A stretch of DNA of 32,607 nucleotides, from positions 1 to 32,607 of the forward strand of contig JAYVGK010000096.1 of NCBI GenBank assembly GCA_043772215.1. The letters run 5' to 3'. Position numbers and translations under genes: made by a program. Under the pieces are notes generated by a model, which saw only the letters and a program-made list of their open reading frames with translations, made no database searches and was not told the DNA's origin. Each line of letters opens with the position of its first letter. The first letter of the stretch is position 1. This document shows positions 1-11,498 of the stretch, piece after piece. The stretch comes from Acidimicrobiales bacterium. GTDB lineage: Bacteria; Actinomycetota; Acidimicrobiia; Acidimicrobiales; JANYDT01.

Positions 1-19
1 TGATTCATCTGCTCACGTT

Positions 20-316
20 GTGGGATACTTCTCACCCATGGTGACCGCCCTCAATGACGATCTTCGTGAGCTGGTGGACCAATTGGAACGCACTACCCAA
101 CTTCCTCGTGGGCTCCTGGCTCGTGTGGTGGCTGACGTACTCGGTCACTACGAGGAGGGCGTCGACGCATTCGTGCGCCGCCGCCATGGCGAATTGCAAG
201 TCGAAGGTCACTCCAATCCCGTCATCTGGGACCGTCTCCCTGGGGAAATTGCGCTTCGACGATTCAGCTCCGCAGAACTATCGGCTCGACAACTGCGCCG
301 CATCGTCTACGGCTGA
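20..316 (+). CDS. hypothetical protein, family not recognised; possibly 5'-truncated by the window edge
   Basis: Frame is open back to nt 2 with no upstream stop. GTG at 20 and in-frame ATG at 38. Ends 56 nt before glmS. No diagnostic motif recognised. Confidence 0.4.
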   Translation: MGYFSPMVTALNDDLRELVDQLERTTQLPRGLLARVVADVLGHYEEGVDAFVRRRHGELQVEGHSNPVIWDRLPGEIALRRFSSAELSARQLRRIVYG

Positions 317-372
317 TCACCTCTCTCTCTCGCTGCGCCCGACCGTGGGCCCGAACCATCAAGGAACACCTC

Positions 373-3933
<3,561 letters not shown>

Positions 3934-3949
3934 ATCATCACAGTAAGTT

Positions 3950-5038
3950 TCAGCCTTTGGTCATGATGGGTGTTGATTTGAGGGTGGGAGTGCCCAAGGG
4001 TGTCCAACCTTTACCGTTCCAATAGGCCCCACTCACTGCAGGGGTACCGTCGGTTACCCGGACCTCGTAGCCCCGCACCAAGACCCGGCGATGTCCTTTG
4101 TCGTCTTGTTGATACTGAGCCTGTACGTATCCCGTACCTTCGTTGCTGGCCGCCTTCCATCCGCTATGTGCACTGACGGCCAGATCTCCAATTCCCGCCA
4201 CTGCCGACATTTGCCCCCCCGGTATCAGTGCTTGGTCTTGTTGCTCCGGTAGTGAGGCTCCTGACGGGGCGGCCCGTTTCACCGTTATGGGCAGGATGTA
4301 CGGCTGGCCGTTTGAGGCGACGCGCAGCATCCGTCCCAGTTCTGTGGCGCTCACCGACGCTCCATTCACCGGAGCCCAGCCGGCGGTGGCGGCAATGGCG
4401 CCGGCGCTGCGATACACGGCCGAATTCTTGGGTGTTACCAACGCCTCGCTGTACAGCACCGTGTGCCACGTTCGCCCAGTGTCGTCCATGGATCCCATTG
4501 CCATGTCGCCGCCGTCGCTCGGCATCCACTGAGTGGAATCTGCAGCCGAGCCGGCGACGCCCGGAACGATCACCGGATAGGTGCGGCCATCGGGGCCGAG
4601 AACAGATACGTCAGCGGTGTGGCCGTCATTGCACCCGCGTCCGTAGCCCGCAATGTCAAACGTCCCTGATCGCGCCGCGTCGAGGGCGTTGTATCCACGA
4701 ACCACGCCGGCGGGCCAATTGGGCCGGTTGATCGTCACCGGCCCCATCACCCGGGCCACCAATGCGGGCGGCAACGACGCCAAGGAGCCGCCGTCGGCCG
4801 CTTCGAACCAGCGGGCGACGTCACCCACCCAGCGGTCCAAATCCTGCGCTTGATCAGCCACCATGGGGATTCGACCGAGGGCGCGAATCTGCACAGTCCA
4901 ACCGTTGGGATGACATCCGCTGGCGTAGCGCGGGTAGGTGGCCTTGATGTCGTTCTGAGCCACTGAGAGGCGGCAGTCGAGTGCTAATTCCGACTGCGAG
5001 AACCTGGTGAGCTGCTCGGGTAATGCACTGACCTTCAC
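3950..5038 (-). CDS. hypothetical protein (362 aa), no signal peptide or TM, family not recognised
   Basis: Long ORF with coding-like composition. The GTG start forms a GTGA overlap with the stop of the upstream WXG-like gene (5035-5038). No catalytic motif recognised. Confidence 0.65.
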   Translation of the reverse strand: MKVSALPEQLTRFSQSELALDCRLSVAQNDIKATYPRYASGCHPNGWTVQIRALGRIPMVADQAQDLDRWVGDVARWFEAADGGSLASLPPALVARVMGPVTINRPNWPAGVVRGYNALDAARSGTFDIAGYGRGCNDGHTADVSVLGPDGRTYPVIVPGVAGSAADSTQWMPSDGGDMAMGSMDDTGRTWHTVLYSEALVTPKNSAVYRSAGAIAATAGWAPVNGASVSATELGRMLRVASNGQPYILPITVKRAAPSGASLPEQQDQALIPGGQMSAVAGIGDLAVSAHSGWKAASNEGTGYVQAQYQQDDKGHRRVLVRGYEVRVTDGTPAVSGAYWNGKGWTPLGTPTLKSTPIMTKG

Positions 5039-5478
5039 CGGACGCCGCCCACTGGCACTGGTGCGGCCTTCTCGGTGGCAGCTCGTCGGGCTGCTTGTTC
5101 GATGACCTGTCGAGCGGCCTCGTCGGCCATCCTCGCTTGCTCTTGTTCAATGGCCAGTTCGCGATGCCACTGCTCTCGCAATTCGATCCGCCGTCGCTGT
5201 TCGAATGACGCCATCGCCGAGGCCACCCGGGCGTCAGCGGCATCTTCACCCAGAGCCACCGCCTGCATCCGGGCGTAATCGTGCAACGTGTTGAGGCGCT
5301 TGTCGAAGCTCAGCCGGTGAGGACCTTCCCACCCGTGCACGGCGTGGCGGGCGGCGCCTTCGCGCTCGGCCACCCAGGTATGCAAGGTGTGGGCCCCTTG
5401 TTCGCACGCATACGCATAGGCGCCTGCGGCGGCATGATCGAATTCCACATCGGACCAATTGGGTTGCCAACCTGGCAT
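5035..5478 (-). CDS. WXG100-like helical-hairpin protein with C-terminal charged coiled-coil extension
   Basis: The ATG at 5478 is preceded by GAAGGAG with a 5-nt spacer. W50-E51-G52 lies between two predicted helices of about 45 aa each, followed by an E/R/Q/A-rich segment. An alternative in-frame ATG is at 5517. The track ORF start at 5643 would overlap the upstream BI-1 gene by 88 nt. Confidence 0.55.
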   Translation of the reverse strand: MPGWQPNWSDVEFDHAAAGAYAYACEQGAHTLHTWVAEREGAARHAVHGWEGPHRLSFDKRLNTLHDYARMQAVALGEDAADARVASAMASFEQRRRIELREQWHRELAIEQEQARMADEAARQVIEQAARRAATEKAAPVPVGGVR

Positions 5479-5555
5479 GCCATCTCCTTCACTGAATGTA
5501 GTGAAAGATAATGACATGCACCGAAAGGTGCTGTCCAGGGGAAGCGGTGGGGATG

Positions 5556-6263
5556 TCAGCGACGGCGTTGTGAGGCCAGTACCCGCAACACATGCAGATA
5601 GATCATCACCAAGCTCAACAACAGCGCAAAGGCGCCGAACCACTCATAGGAAGCCCCCGCTCGGCGCAGTTCGGCCTGCTTGACATATTCGAAGTCGGTG
5701 AAGAGGTTCATCAGGCCGATGCCCACCCCGATGACACCAAAAATCATGCCCCGCTGACCCACACCGTTGACACCTGGCACTTGCAACCCGAACATGGCCG
5801 CCACGTACACGGCGAACAGGCCCATGGTGGCCATGGCCGTAATGGCCATGAACTTGGGCGTGACCCGTACCACGTTGGTGCGATACAGGATGAGCGCACC
5901 TACGAAGAATCCGGCCGTGAGCACGATGGCAGTGGGCACGATGCCGCCGCCGAAGGTGGCGTAGTACGCCGAGATGGCACCCAGGAAGAACCCCTCCACC
6001 ACGGCATATATGGGCGCCAATACGCGGGCCCATCGAGGGCGGAACATGCATGCCACAGCGCATCCCAGGGTGATGACGAGGGCCGGGATGAACGACACCG
6101 GGGAGCCGAACGTGTACCCGAGGCCACCGGTGAGCAAGGTGATGCCCACCAACCAGGTGAGCTTGTCGTATGCCCCCTTGGCCGTGAACGGTGCCTCGGT
6201 ACTTGCATGGGGACCGCCGACGGTGATCTGGTCGACGGCTCTGATCATGGTGGAAGACGCCAT
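5556..6263 (-). CDS. Bax inhibitor-1/YccA-like family membrane protein (actinobacterial BaxI_1 type)
   Basis: About 7 TM helices. C-terminal GASYEWFGAFALLLSLVMIYLHVLRVL block is typical of the actinobacterial BI-1-like family. Confidence 0.8.
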   Translation of the reverse strand: MASSTMIRAVDQITVGGPHASTEAPFTAKGAYDKLTWLVGITLLTGGLGYTFGSPVSFIPALVITLGCAVACMFRPRWARVLAPIYAVVEGFFLGAISAYYATFGGGIVPTAIVLTAGFFVGALILYRTNVVRVTPKFMAITAMATMGLFAVYVAAMFGLQVPGVNGVGQRGMIFGVIGVGIGLMNLFTDFEYVKQAELRRAGASYEWFGAFALLLSLVMIYLHVLRVLASQRRR

Positions 6264-6294
6264 GACTCGAGTATCTCACTCTGCGACGAGGTTC

Positions 6295-7662
6295 CTAGCC
6301 TTCGGCGCGGACCGTGCTGTGCTGGCTCTCAGCATCCTGTGCAGCTTTTGTTGCCGCATCGATGAGGGGATCGAAGCCAGCCGTACCCAGTGCCTTGACT
6401 CGGGGATCCTCCACATAGCGTTCGGTTTTGACCCAGCCAGAAGCGCCGCTGATCATGCGGGCCAGGGCCTTCCACCCGGCGACGTACCACACCAGTTGAT
6501 ACGCAGCCAAGGCGTGGGCAAGGAAGAATGCTTTTCGGCCGCTGACTTCATCGGTGCGATGTTTGTAGTGGAACGCCACGAATATGGAGGGCCCAAAGGT
6601 GAAGGCGTACCACATGGCCAAGGCCACGTAGAAGCGGCCATTGCCCAGCGAGGCACTGGTGTCACTGGTGAGCACTTTGACCAGCAACCACGCATGGGCG
6701 GTGATGACGGCGACCGGCCACACGATGCAGACGATGCCGGGAAACAGCAGGTAGTACAAGACGTCGAGGGTGGCCCGCATCTTCATTGGCGACGCCAGGA
6801 TCTCGGGGATTCGCTTCCAGCACTGAAACAAACCTTGCACCCATCGAGTGCGCTGACGCACCAAACGCCCCACGCTCTCGAGGCCCTGCTGGCCCACCGA
6901 AGTACTGGTACACACCCGTAGCTCCCAGCCCCGAGACAGCAGCTGCAGTCCGAGGTCCAGATCTTCCACTAGGCAATCCGACCAGGGTTGGCGGCCCAGT
7001 TCCATCAGCGCAGACAGCCGGGTGAATTGACCGTTACCTCCCAGGCCAGACGAACCAATGGTGTCGCGACCCTGCTGGACGAGTTCGGTGAACGAGGTGA
7101 ACTCGATGTCTTGGAGTCGGCCGATGAGTTTGGTCCGATTTCGGATACGTACCAGGATTTGGCAGGCCGCCACCTTTGGATCGAGAAACCACCGTTGAAC
7201 CTCGTCCATGGCACCGACTTCGATGACGCCGTCGGCGTCCATGACGCACACGATGACGTCCTCAGGCTCCAGTGACCGGTCCTCACACACGGAGACGAGC
7301 TTGTTGTAGCCGTAGTTGAGCGCCGCCCCTTTGCCGCGCCGGGCATCTGGAGTACGGCGCTGCACCAACATCACCCGGTCTGGATGTTCGGCTCGATGCT
7401 CGGCGGCGATGGCGGATGTGGCGTCGTCGCTGCCGTCGTCCACCACCATCACCAGCGAGCGGGGAACCTTGAGGAGCCGGTCCAGCGTGGCGCCGAGGAC
7501 ACGCTCCTCGTTGAGGCAAGGCACCACGAACACCGCGGTGAACCGCTCGGTGCTGCCCGAGGGCATGGAGCGCTTGCGGCGACCGGCCACGATGACCGTC
7601 AGGAGGTAACCGACTGACAGCAGCACCACCGTGTTGGCGATGGTGGTGACAACAGTGAGCAT
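6295..7662 (-). CDS. family 2 glycosyltransferase, processive membrane-embedded synthase type
   Basis: N-terminal TM helix. VVPCLNEE, VVDDGSDD, MDADG (DxD), GGNG, VEDLDLG and QRTRWVQG (QxxRW) motifs. C-terminal TM bundle. Confidence 0.85.
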   Translation of the reverse strand: MLTVVTTIANTVVLLSVGYLLTVIVAGRRKRSMPSGSTERFTAVFVVPCLNEERVLGATLDRLLKVPRSLVMVVDDGSDDATSAIAAEHRAEHPDRVMLVQRRTPDARRGKGAALNYGYNKLVSVCEDRSLEPEDVIVCVMDADGVIEVGAMDEVQRWFLDPKVAACQILVRIRNRTKLIGRLQDIEFTSFTELVQQGRDTIGSSGLGGNGQFTRLSALMELGRQPWSDCLVEDLDLGLQLLSRGWELRVCTSTSVGQQGLESVGRLVRQRTRWVQGLFQCWKRIPEILASPMKMRATLDVLYYLLFPGIVCIVWPVAVITAHAWLLVKVLTSDTSASLGNGRFYVALAMWYAFTFGPSIFVAFHYKHRTDEVSGRKAFFLAHALAAYQLVWYVAGWKALARMISGASGWVKTERYVEDPRVKALGTAGFDPLIDAATKAAQDAESQHSTVRAEG

Positions 7663-7698
7663 CGTAAAGTCAGTCGCCTTCAGTACCCGTCATGCCCG

Positions 7699-7911
7699 TC
7701 AGCGACCGACGGTGCGCCGGGCCACGAAGCGAGCCACCACCACGAGTAAGAAGAGCAGTGCCAGGATTGCAACGGTAACAACCACACTGGTGGCACCTCC
7801 GAACCCGTATCCAGAGAGGCCGGCTGCACCGGTCATCGAGGCCATTCGGAAGGCCGGAAGGCCGAGCGTGCGGGGTTCGTACATGGGTGGATGGACCTCG
7901 TGGACTGACAT
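7699..7911 (-). CDS. possible small single-pass membrane protein (70 aa)
   Basis: ATG ORF ending 36 nt upstream of the GT2 start on the same strand. One strong C-terminal TM helix (VVVTVAILALLFLLVVVARFVA) followed by RRTVGR. Third-position GC is high by hand count. No convincing Shine-Dalgarno. Confidence 0.4.
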   Translation of the reverse strand: MSVHEVHPPMYEPRTLGLPAFRMASMTGAAGLSGYGFGGATSVVVTVAILALLFLLVVVARFVARRTVGR

Positions 7912-8193
7912 GGCGTTCGGCGGGTGTGAACTTCCATCGTCAAACGGACTTCAGACGCCACGACGAGGAACAAGAGCACGTTAGTGCACTCGCAGGGGGA
8001 GTTGGCTGCGGGTGACCCAGCGCTGCGGGCCTCGGCGCACAGGCGGGAGAGAACTCATCAGCGCGCTGATCTTCCGCTAAGGTGAAAGGTCATTCATATC
8101 CACCGCTTGTGAGTCCGATCCGGGAGACCCGCTCTGTCCACTGATGATCCGTCCCGTAGTTTTGGGCGAGGGCGCCTGGCGGCGGGTCGTCGA

Positions 8194-10080
8194 TTGCTCT
8201 CCTCCCGGCGAGTGCGGCGCACTGACGCCAGCCTGTCGGCAAATGCCGCCATGGCGGCCTTGGCTGACCATTCGGCAAGTGGGAGCGCTGATGCGGCGTT
8301 GCTGCTCGACGGAGCACGGGTCGCTTTGGGAGCGTCGAGAGCAGAGCTCACCTTGATGGACGAGCAGGGAAGTCGCTGGACGAGCGGCGCAGGTAATGGC
8401 GTCCGAGCGGTGGAGTCGGTCATCGATTTGACGATCGACAACCCGCTGGTGGCGATAGGTGGGGAGTTGTGGGTTTCGGCTCTGCGCCGCCAACGCCCAA
8501 CCGTGGTGGACACCCCCGAAGGCCGTCTGGTGGTGGCCCCTCTGCTCCTGCACGGGTCCGTCACCGGCGTGCTGGCGGCGGTGTTCGACGAGGACCGCTC
8601 TGCTTCACGCAGCGACGATCTGAACGTGGCTCGTACCGTGGCCCAGTTGGTGGCCCTGTCGCTTGGATCGGCCACACTTTCGGCCCGGCTGCGCGCCGAG
8701 GTGATTTATCGCGATCACCACGCCACCCACGACACGCTCACCGGGCTGGCCAATCGTCTGGCCTTCGAGGCCGCCGTGGACGATGCTTTGGCTCATGTGG
8801 CGAGCTCGCTGGCCACCCCCCACCCCCGGGCCTGCGCGCTGCTCATCATCGACCTCAACCGGTTCAAAGAGATCAACACCTCCCTTGGTCATCAAATTGG
8901 TGATTCGGTGGTGGTGGAGGTCAGTCGCAGGATTGTGGACGCCCTACCGCCCGACTCGATGGTGGCGCGTTTCGGTGGCGATCAATTCGCAGTGTTGTTG
9001 CCTGACATTGGGGGGAGTGAGCCTGCGCTGGCTGTGGCGGAAACGATTCTCGACTCCGTCAGCGCAATTGTGGAGCTCGATACCATCGACGTACCGGTGG
9101 GAGCAGCCATTGGCGTGGCATTGGCTCCATTGCATGGCGGTACCCGGCACTTCCTCCTGCGTCGAGCCGACGTGGCCATGCACGCCGCCAAAGAGCAACG
9201 CCAGTCTGCAGTGCAGTTGTATGCCCCCGAGTATGAACAGGTGAGTACCCGACAACTGTCGTTGGTGGCCGATCTACGCAGGGCATTGGACGCCGACGAA
9301 CTCGAAGTTCACTATCAACCCAAGAGCACCATTGTCACCAACCAAGTGGTGGGCGTGGAGGCGTTGGTGCGTTGGCGGCACCGAGATCTGGGTCACATCG
9401 CTCCGGACGAGCTGATCCCCTTGGCCGAGCACACGGGTCTCATCACCGATCTCACCCGCTTCGTGTTACGCACCGCTCTCGAGCAGTGCGCCACATGGAA
9501 CCGCCAGGGCATGCCGCTGCATGTGGCGGTGAACCTGTCGGCGCAGGCGCTGTGTGATGAGGGCCTGCCGGCAGAAATTGCAGCTGCGCTGCAGCGCGCC
9601 GGGGTTGCCCCGCCATCGTTGACGTTGGAGATCACGGAAAGCCAATTCACGGTGGACTCTGCCGTGAGTCGTCGTGTCCTGTCAGGCCTGCGAAACCTCG
9701 GTGTCCGGTTGTCCATCGACGACTTCGGAACGGGCTACTCGGCCCTGGCTTATCTGGCTCGCCTCGATGTGGACGAGTTGAAGATCGACAAGTCATTCAT
9801 CCTCGCCATGGCTCACAGTGACGCCAACCTGGCCATCGTGCGGGCCGTGGTGGAAGTGGCCGACAGCCTCGGCCTAGCCACCGTGGCAGAGGGAGTGGAA
9901 GACCAGCAGTCCTGGGACCGTTTGAGTGTGTTGGGATGTACCACTGCGCAGGGGTATCACTTGAGTCGTCCCCTTCCCAGCGACTCGATGGGGATGTGGT
10001 TGTGGGAACGCAGGCGAAGCGGCACCCAAGGTGTTACTGGGACAGCGGCTGGCGTGGGACACTCGTCTCTTCGCCCATGA
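8194..10080 (+). CDS. GAF-like sensor / degenerate GGDEF (GGDQF) / EAL domain protein, probable c-di-GMP phosphodiesterase
   Basis: GLANRLAFE and RFGGDQFAVLL (8974-8988) mark the GGDEF fold. EALVRW (9358-), NLS, ITES, DDFGTGYS, ELKIDKSF, AEGVE and QGY are intact EAL motifs. TTG start at 8194; in-frame ATG at 8251 is an alternative. Confidence 0.9.
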   Translation: MLSSRRVRRTDASLSANAAMAALADHSASGSADAALLLDGARVALGASRAELTLMDEQGSRWTSGAGNGVRAVESVIDLTIDNPLVAIGGELWVSALRRQRPTVVDTPEGRLVVAPLLLHGSVTGVLAAVFDEDRSASRSDDLNVARTVAQLVALSLGSATLSARLRAEVIYRDHHATHDTLTGLANRLAFEAAVDDALAHVASSLATPHPRACALLIIDLNRFKEINTSLGHQIGDSVVVEVSRRIVDALPPDSMVARFGGDQFAVLLPDIGGSEPALAVAETILDSVSAIVELDTIDVPVGAAIGVALAPLHGGTRHFLLRRADVAMHAAKEQRQSAVQLYAPEYEQVSTRQLSLVADLRRALDADELEVHYQPKSTIVTNQVVGVEALVRWRHRDLGHIAPDELIPLAEHTGLITDLTRFVLRTALEQCATWNRQGMPLHVAVNLSAQALCDEGLPAEIAAALQRAGVAPPSLTLEITESQFTVDSAVSRRVLSGLRNLGVRLSIDDFGTGYSALAYLARLDVDELKIDKSFILAMAHSDANLAIVRAVVEVADSLGLATVAEGVEDQQSWDRLSVLGCTTAQGYHLSRPLPSDSMGMWLWERRRSGTQGVTGTAAGVGHSSLRP

Positions 10081-11498
10081 CCAGCACCGACCGCTCACCA
10101 ACCTCGCCCCAACTCGCTCCCGACCACTTCGATCCTACGACGGTCACTGAGTTTCGCTACCTGTCGCGACACCTCGACTTGGGAACGGGCGAAGCGGTGC
10201 TGCGATACGCGCTTGACGAGCTGGAGCTCACCGAGCGATTCACGTTCCCAGTGCCTCTGGGTGAGCTTCCGGCTGAGTTGATGCCCCGTCGGGTTGCGGT
10301 GGTGGAGCGGTTGTTGGATCACCTGTGGCTGGTGGCCGGGTTGAGTTACTTCAAGATGGCGGCCCCCCCCTTGATCCGCATCGAAGCTGGTCATTTCCAC
10401 CGCCTCGACATCGAGTTTCATCAACTGTTGTTGCGCCGGGGGCTGGGAGAGTTCTGCTTCGTCAACGGGCTCGATCCCGAACTCAGCCCCACCTACGAGT
10501 TCCATGAATTGGACGAGTCGCCAGCGCCCATCACCTCGTTGTCGTTGGACTTGGGCCCGCTGGTTCCGGTGGGGGGCGGCAAAGACAGTTGCGTCTCCAT
10601 CGAGGGGCTGAGGGCCGCAGGATTTGAGCCCACGTTGGTCACCGTGCGCCGATTCCCGATCATCGCTGATGTCATCGAAGCTTCGGGACTACCCGACTTG
10701 TCCGTGGAACGTGTTCTGGACCCAATGGTGGCTCAGTTGAACGCACGGGGGGCCCTCAATGGGCATGTGCCAGCCACCGCCATCGTGTCGTTTGCAGCTC
10801 TCATCGTGGCTGCGTGGCATGGCTTCGACGCAGTGGTGATGTCCAACGAGCGTTCGGCGTCGGAAGGCAACACGCTTTACCGCGGGGTGGAAATCAACCA
10901 TCAGTGGTCCAAGAGTGACGAAGCCGAGTCGGCCATCAGGGCAACTGTGGCCCGGATCAGTCCAGAGTTGGGATGGTTCTCAATCCTGCGACCCCTGTCG
11001 GAGCTGCACATCTCTCAGCTGTTCGCCCGCCACTGCAGTCGCTACTTCACCACGTTCTCCAGCTGCAACCGTTCGCAGGTCATGGACTCCCGCCAGCGGG
11101 TGGCGCGCTGGTGTCGACGGTGCCCCAAATGCCAGTTCGTATATCTGGCGTTGGCGGCATCAATGCCACGATTGCAGCTTGAGGTCATCTTTGCTGAGGA
11201 CTTGTTTTCCACGTCGGCGATAGATGGGTTTCGTTCGTTGCTGGGCCTGTCGAGCTGGAAACCGTTCGAATGCGTGGGGGAGACTGGTGAGTGTCGGGTG
11301 GCGCTGTCGATACTCAACGACTCCGTCGAGTGGGCCAAACATCCGTTATTGGGTCAGTTGATTCACGAGGTCCGCGCCGCAGGTCTGTGGCCCACCGCTA
11401 CGGAGGTGGCCGAGGTGTATTGCGCACACTCTTTCTCCAGCGTGCCGCAGAACTATGTGCCCATAGTGGATTCGTTCGGTGTCGATGCGCCTGGCTGA
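10077..11498 (+). CDS. murL: MurL-like protein (UDP-MurNAc-L-Ala-L-Glu epimerase family), PP-loop ATPase fold
   Basis: ATG at 10077 forms an ATGA overlap with the EAL gene stop. PVGGGKDS PP-loop-like motif (10566-10589). NGHVPA block. WCRRCPKCQFVYLA Cys cluster. Sits immediately upstream of and overlapping a MurD-like ligase, the arrangement described for murL-murD2. Assignment is from memory of the family, not a search. Confidence 0.65.
   Translation: MTSTDRSPTSPQLAPDHFDPTTVTEFRYLSRHLDLGTGEAVLRYALDELELTERFTFPVPLGELPAELMPRRVAVVERLLDHLWLVAGLSYFKMAAPPLIRIEAGHFHRLDIEFHQLLLRRGLGEFCFVNGLDPELSPTYEFHELDESPAPITSLSLDLGPLVPVGGGKDSCVSIEGLRAAGFEPTLVTVRRFPIIADVIEASGLPDLSVERVLDPMVAQLNARGALNGHVPATAIVSFAALIVAAWHGFDAVVMSNERSASEGNTLYRGVEINHQWSKSDEAESAIRATVARISPELGWFSILRPLSELHISQLFARHCSRYFTTFSSCNRSQVMDSRQRVARWCRRCPKCQFVYLALAASMPRLQLEVIFAEDLFSTSAIDGFRSLLGLSSWKPFECVGETGECRVALSILNDSVEWAKHPLLGQLIHEVRAAGLWPTATEVAEVYCAHSFSSVPQNYVPIVDSFGVDAPG

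Noticed and set aside
317-372. Possible glmS ribozyme/riboswitch upstream of glmS, and a (CT)5 run at 321-331
   Set aside because: Only 56 nt separate the previous ORF from the glmS ATG. That is far too short for the glmS ribozyme of roughly 170 nt, and no core elements are visible. The CT run is too short to be meaningful.
5592-6921. Long antisense or off-frame ORFs (e.g. 5592..6365+, 5974..6921+, 2640..3782+, 15939..16757-, 25599..26534-, 27152..28309+, 24307..25041+, 31828..32496-, 32195..32590-)
   Set aside because: These are typical high-GC shadow ORFs lying opposite or out of frame with strongly supported genes. Their translations are Arg/Pro/Gly/His-rich with no motifs.
9936-10076. 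N-terminal extensions of track ORFs (9936 for murL, 12705 for the ABC exporter, 2159 for rfbB, 25533 for the kinase, 30264 for ychF, 5643 for the WXG-like gene)
   Set aside because: The extensions overlap the preceding gene in another frame. They encode Arg/Pro/Trp-rich non-homologous sequence. Each has an internal start that gives a family-typical N-terminus, often with an ATGA/TGATG coupling overlap.
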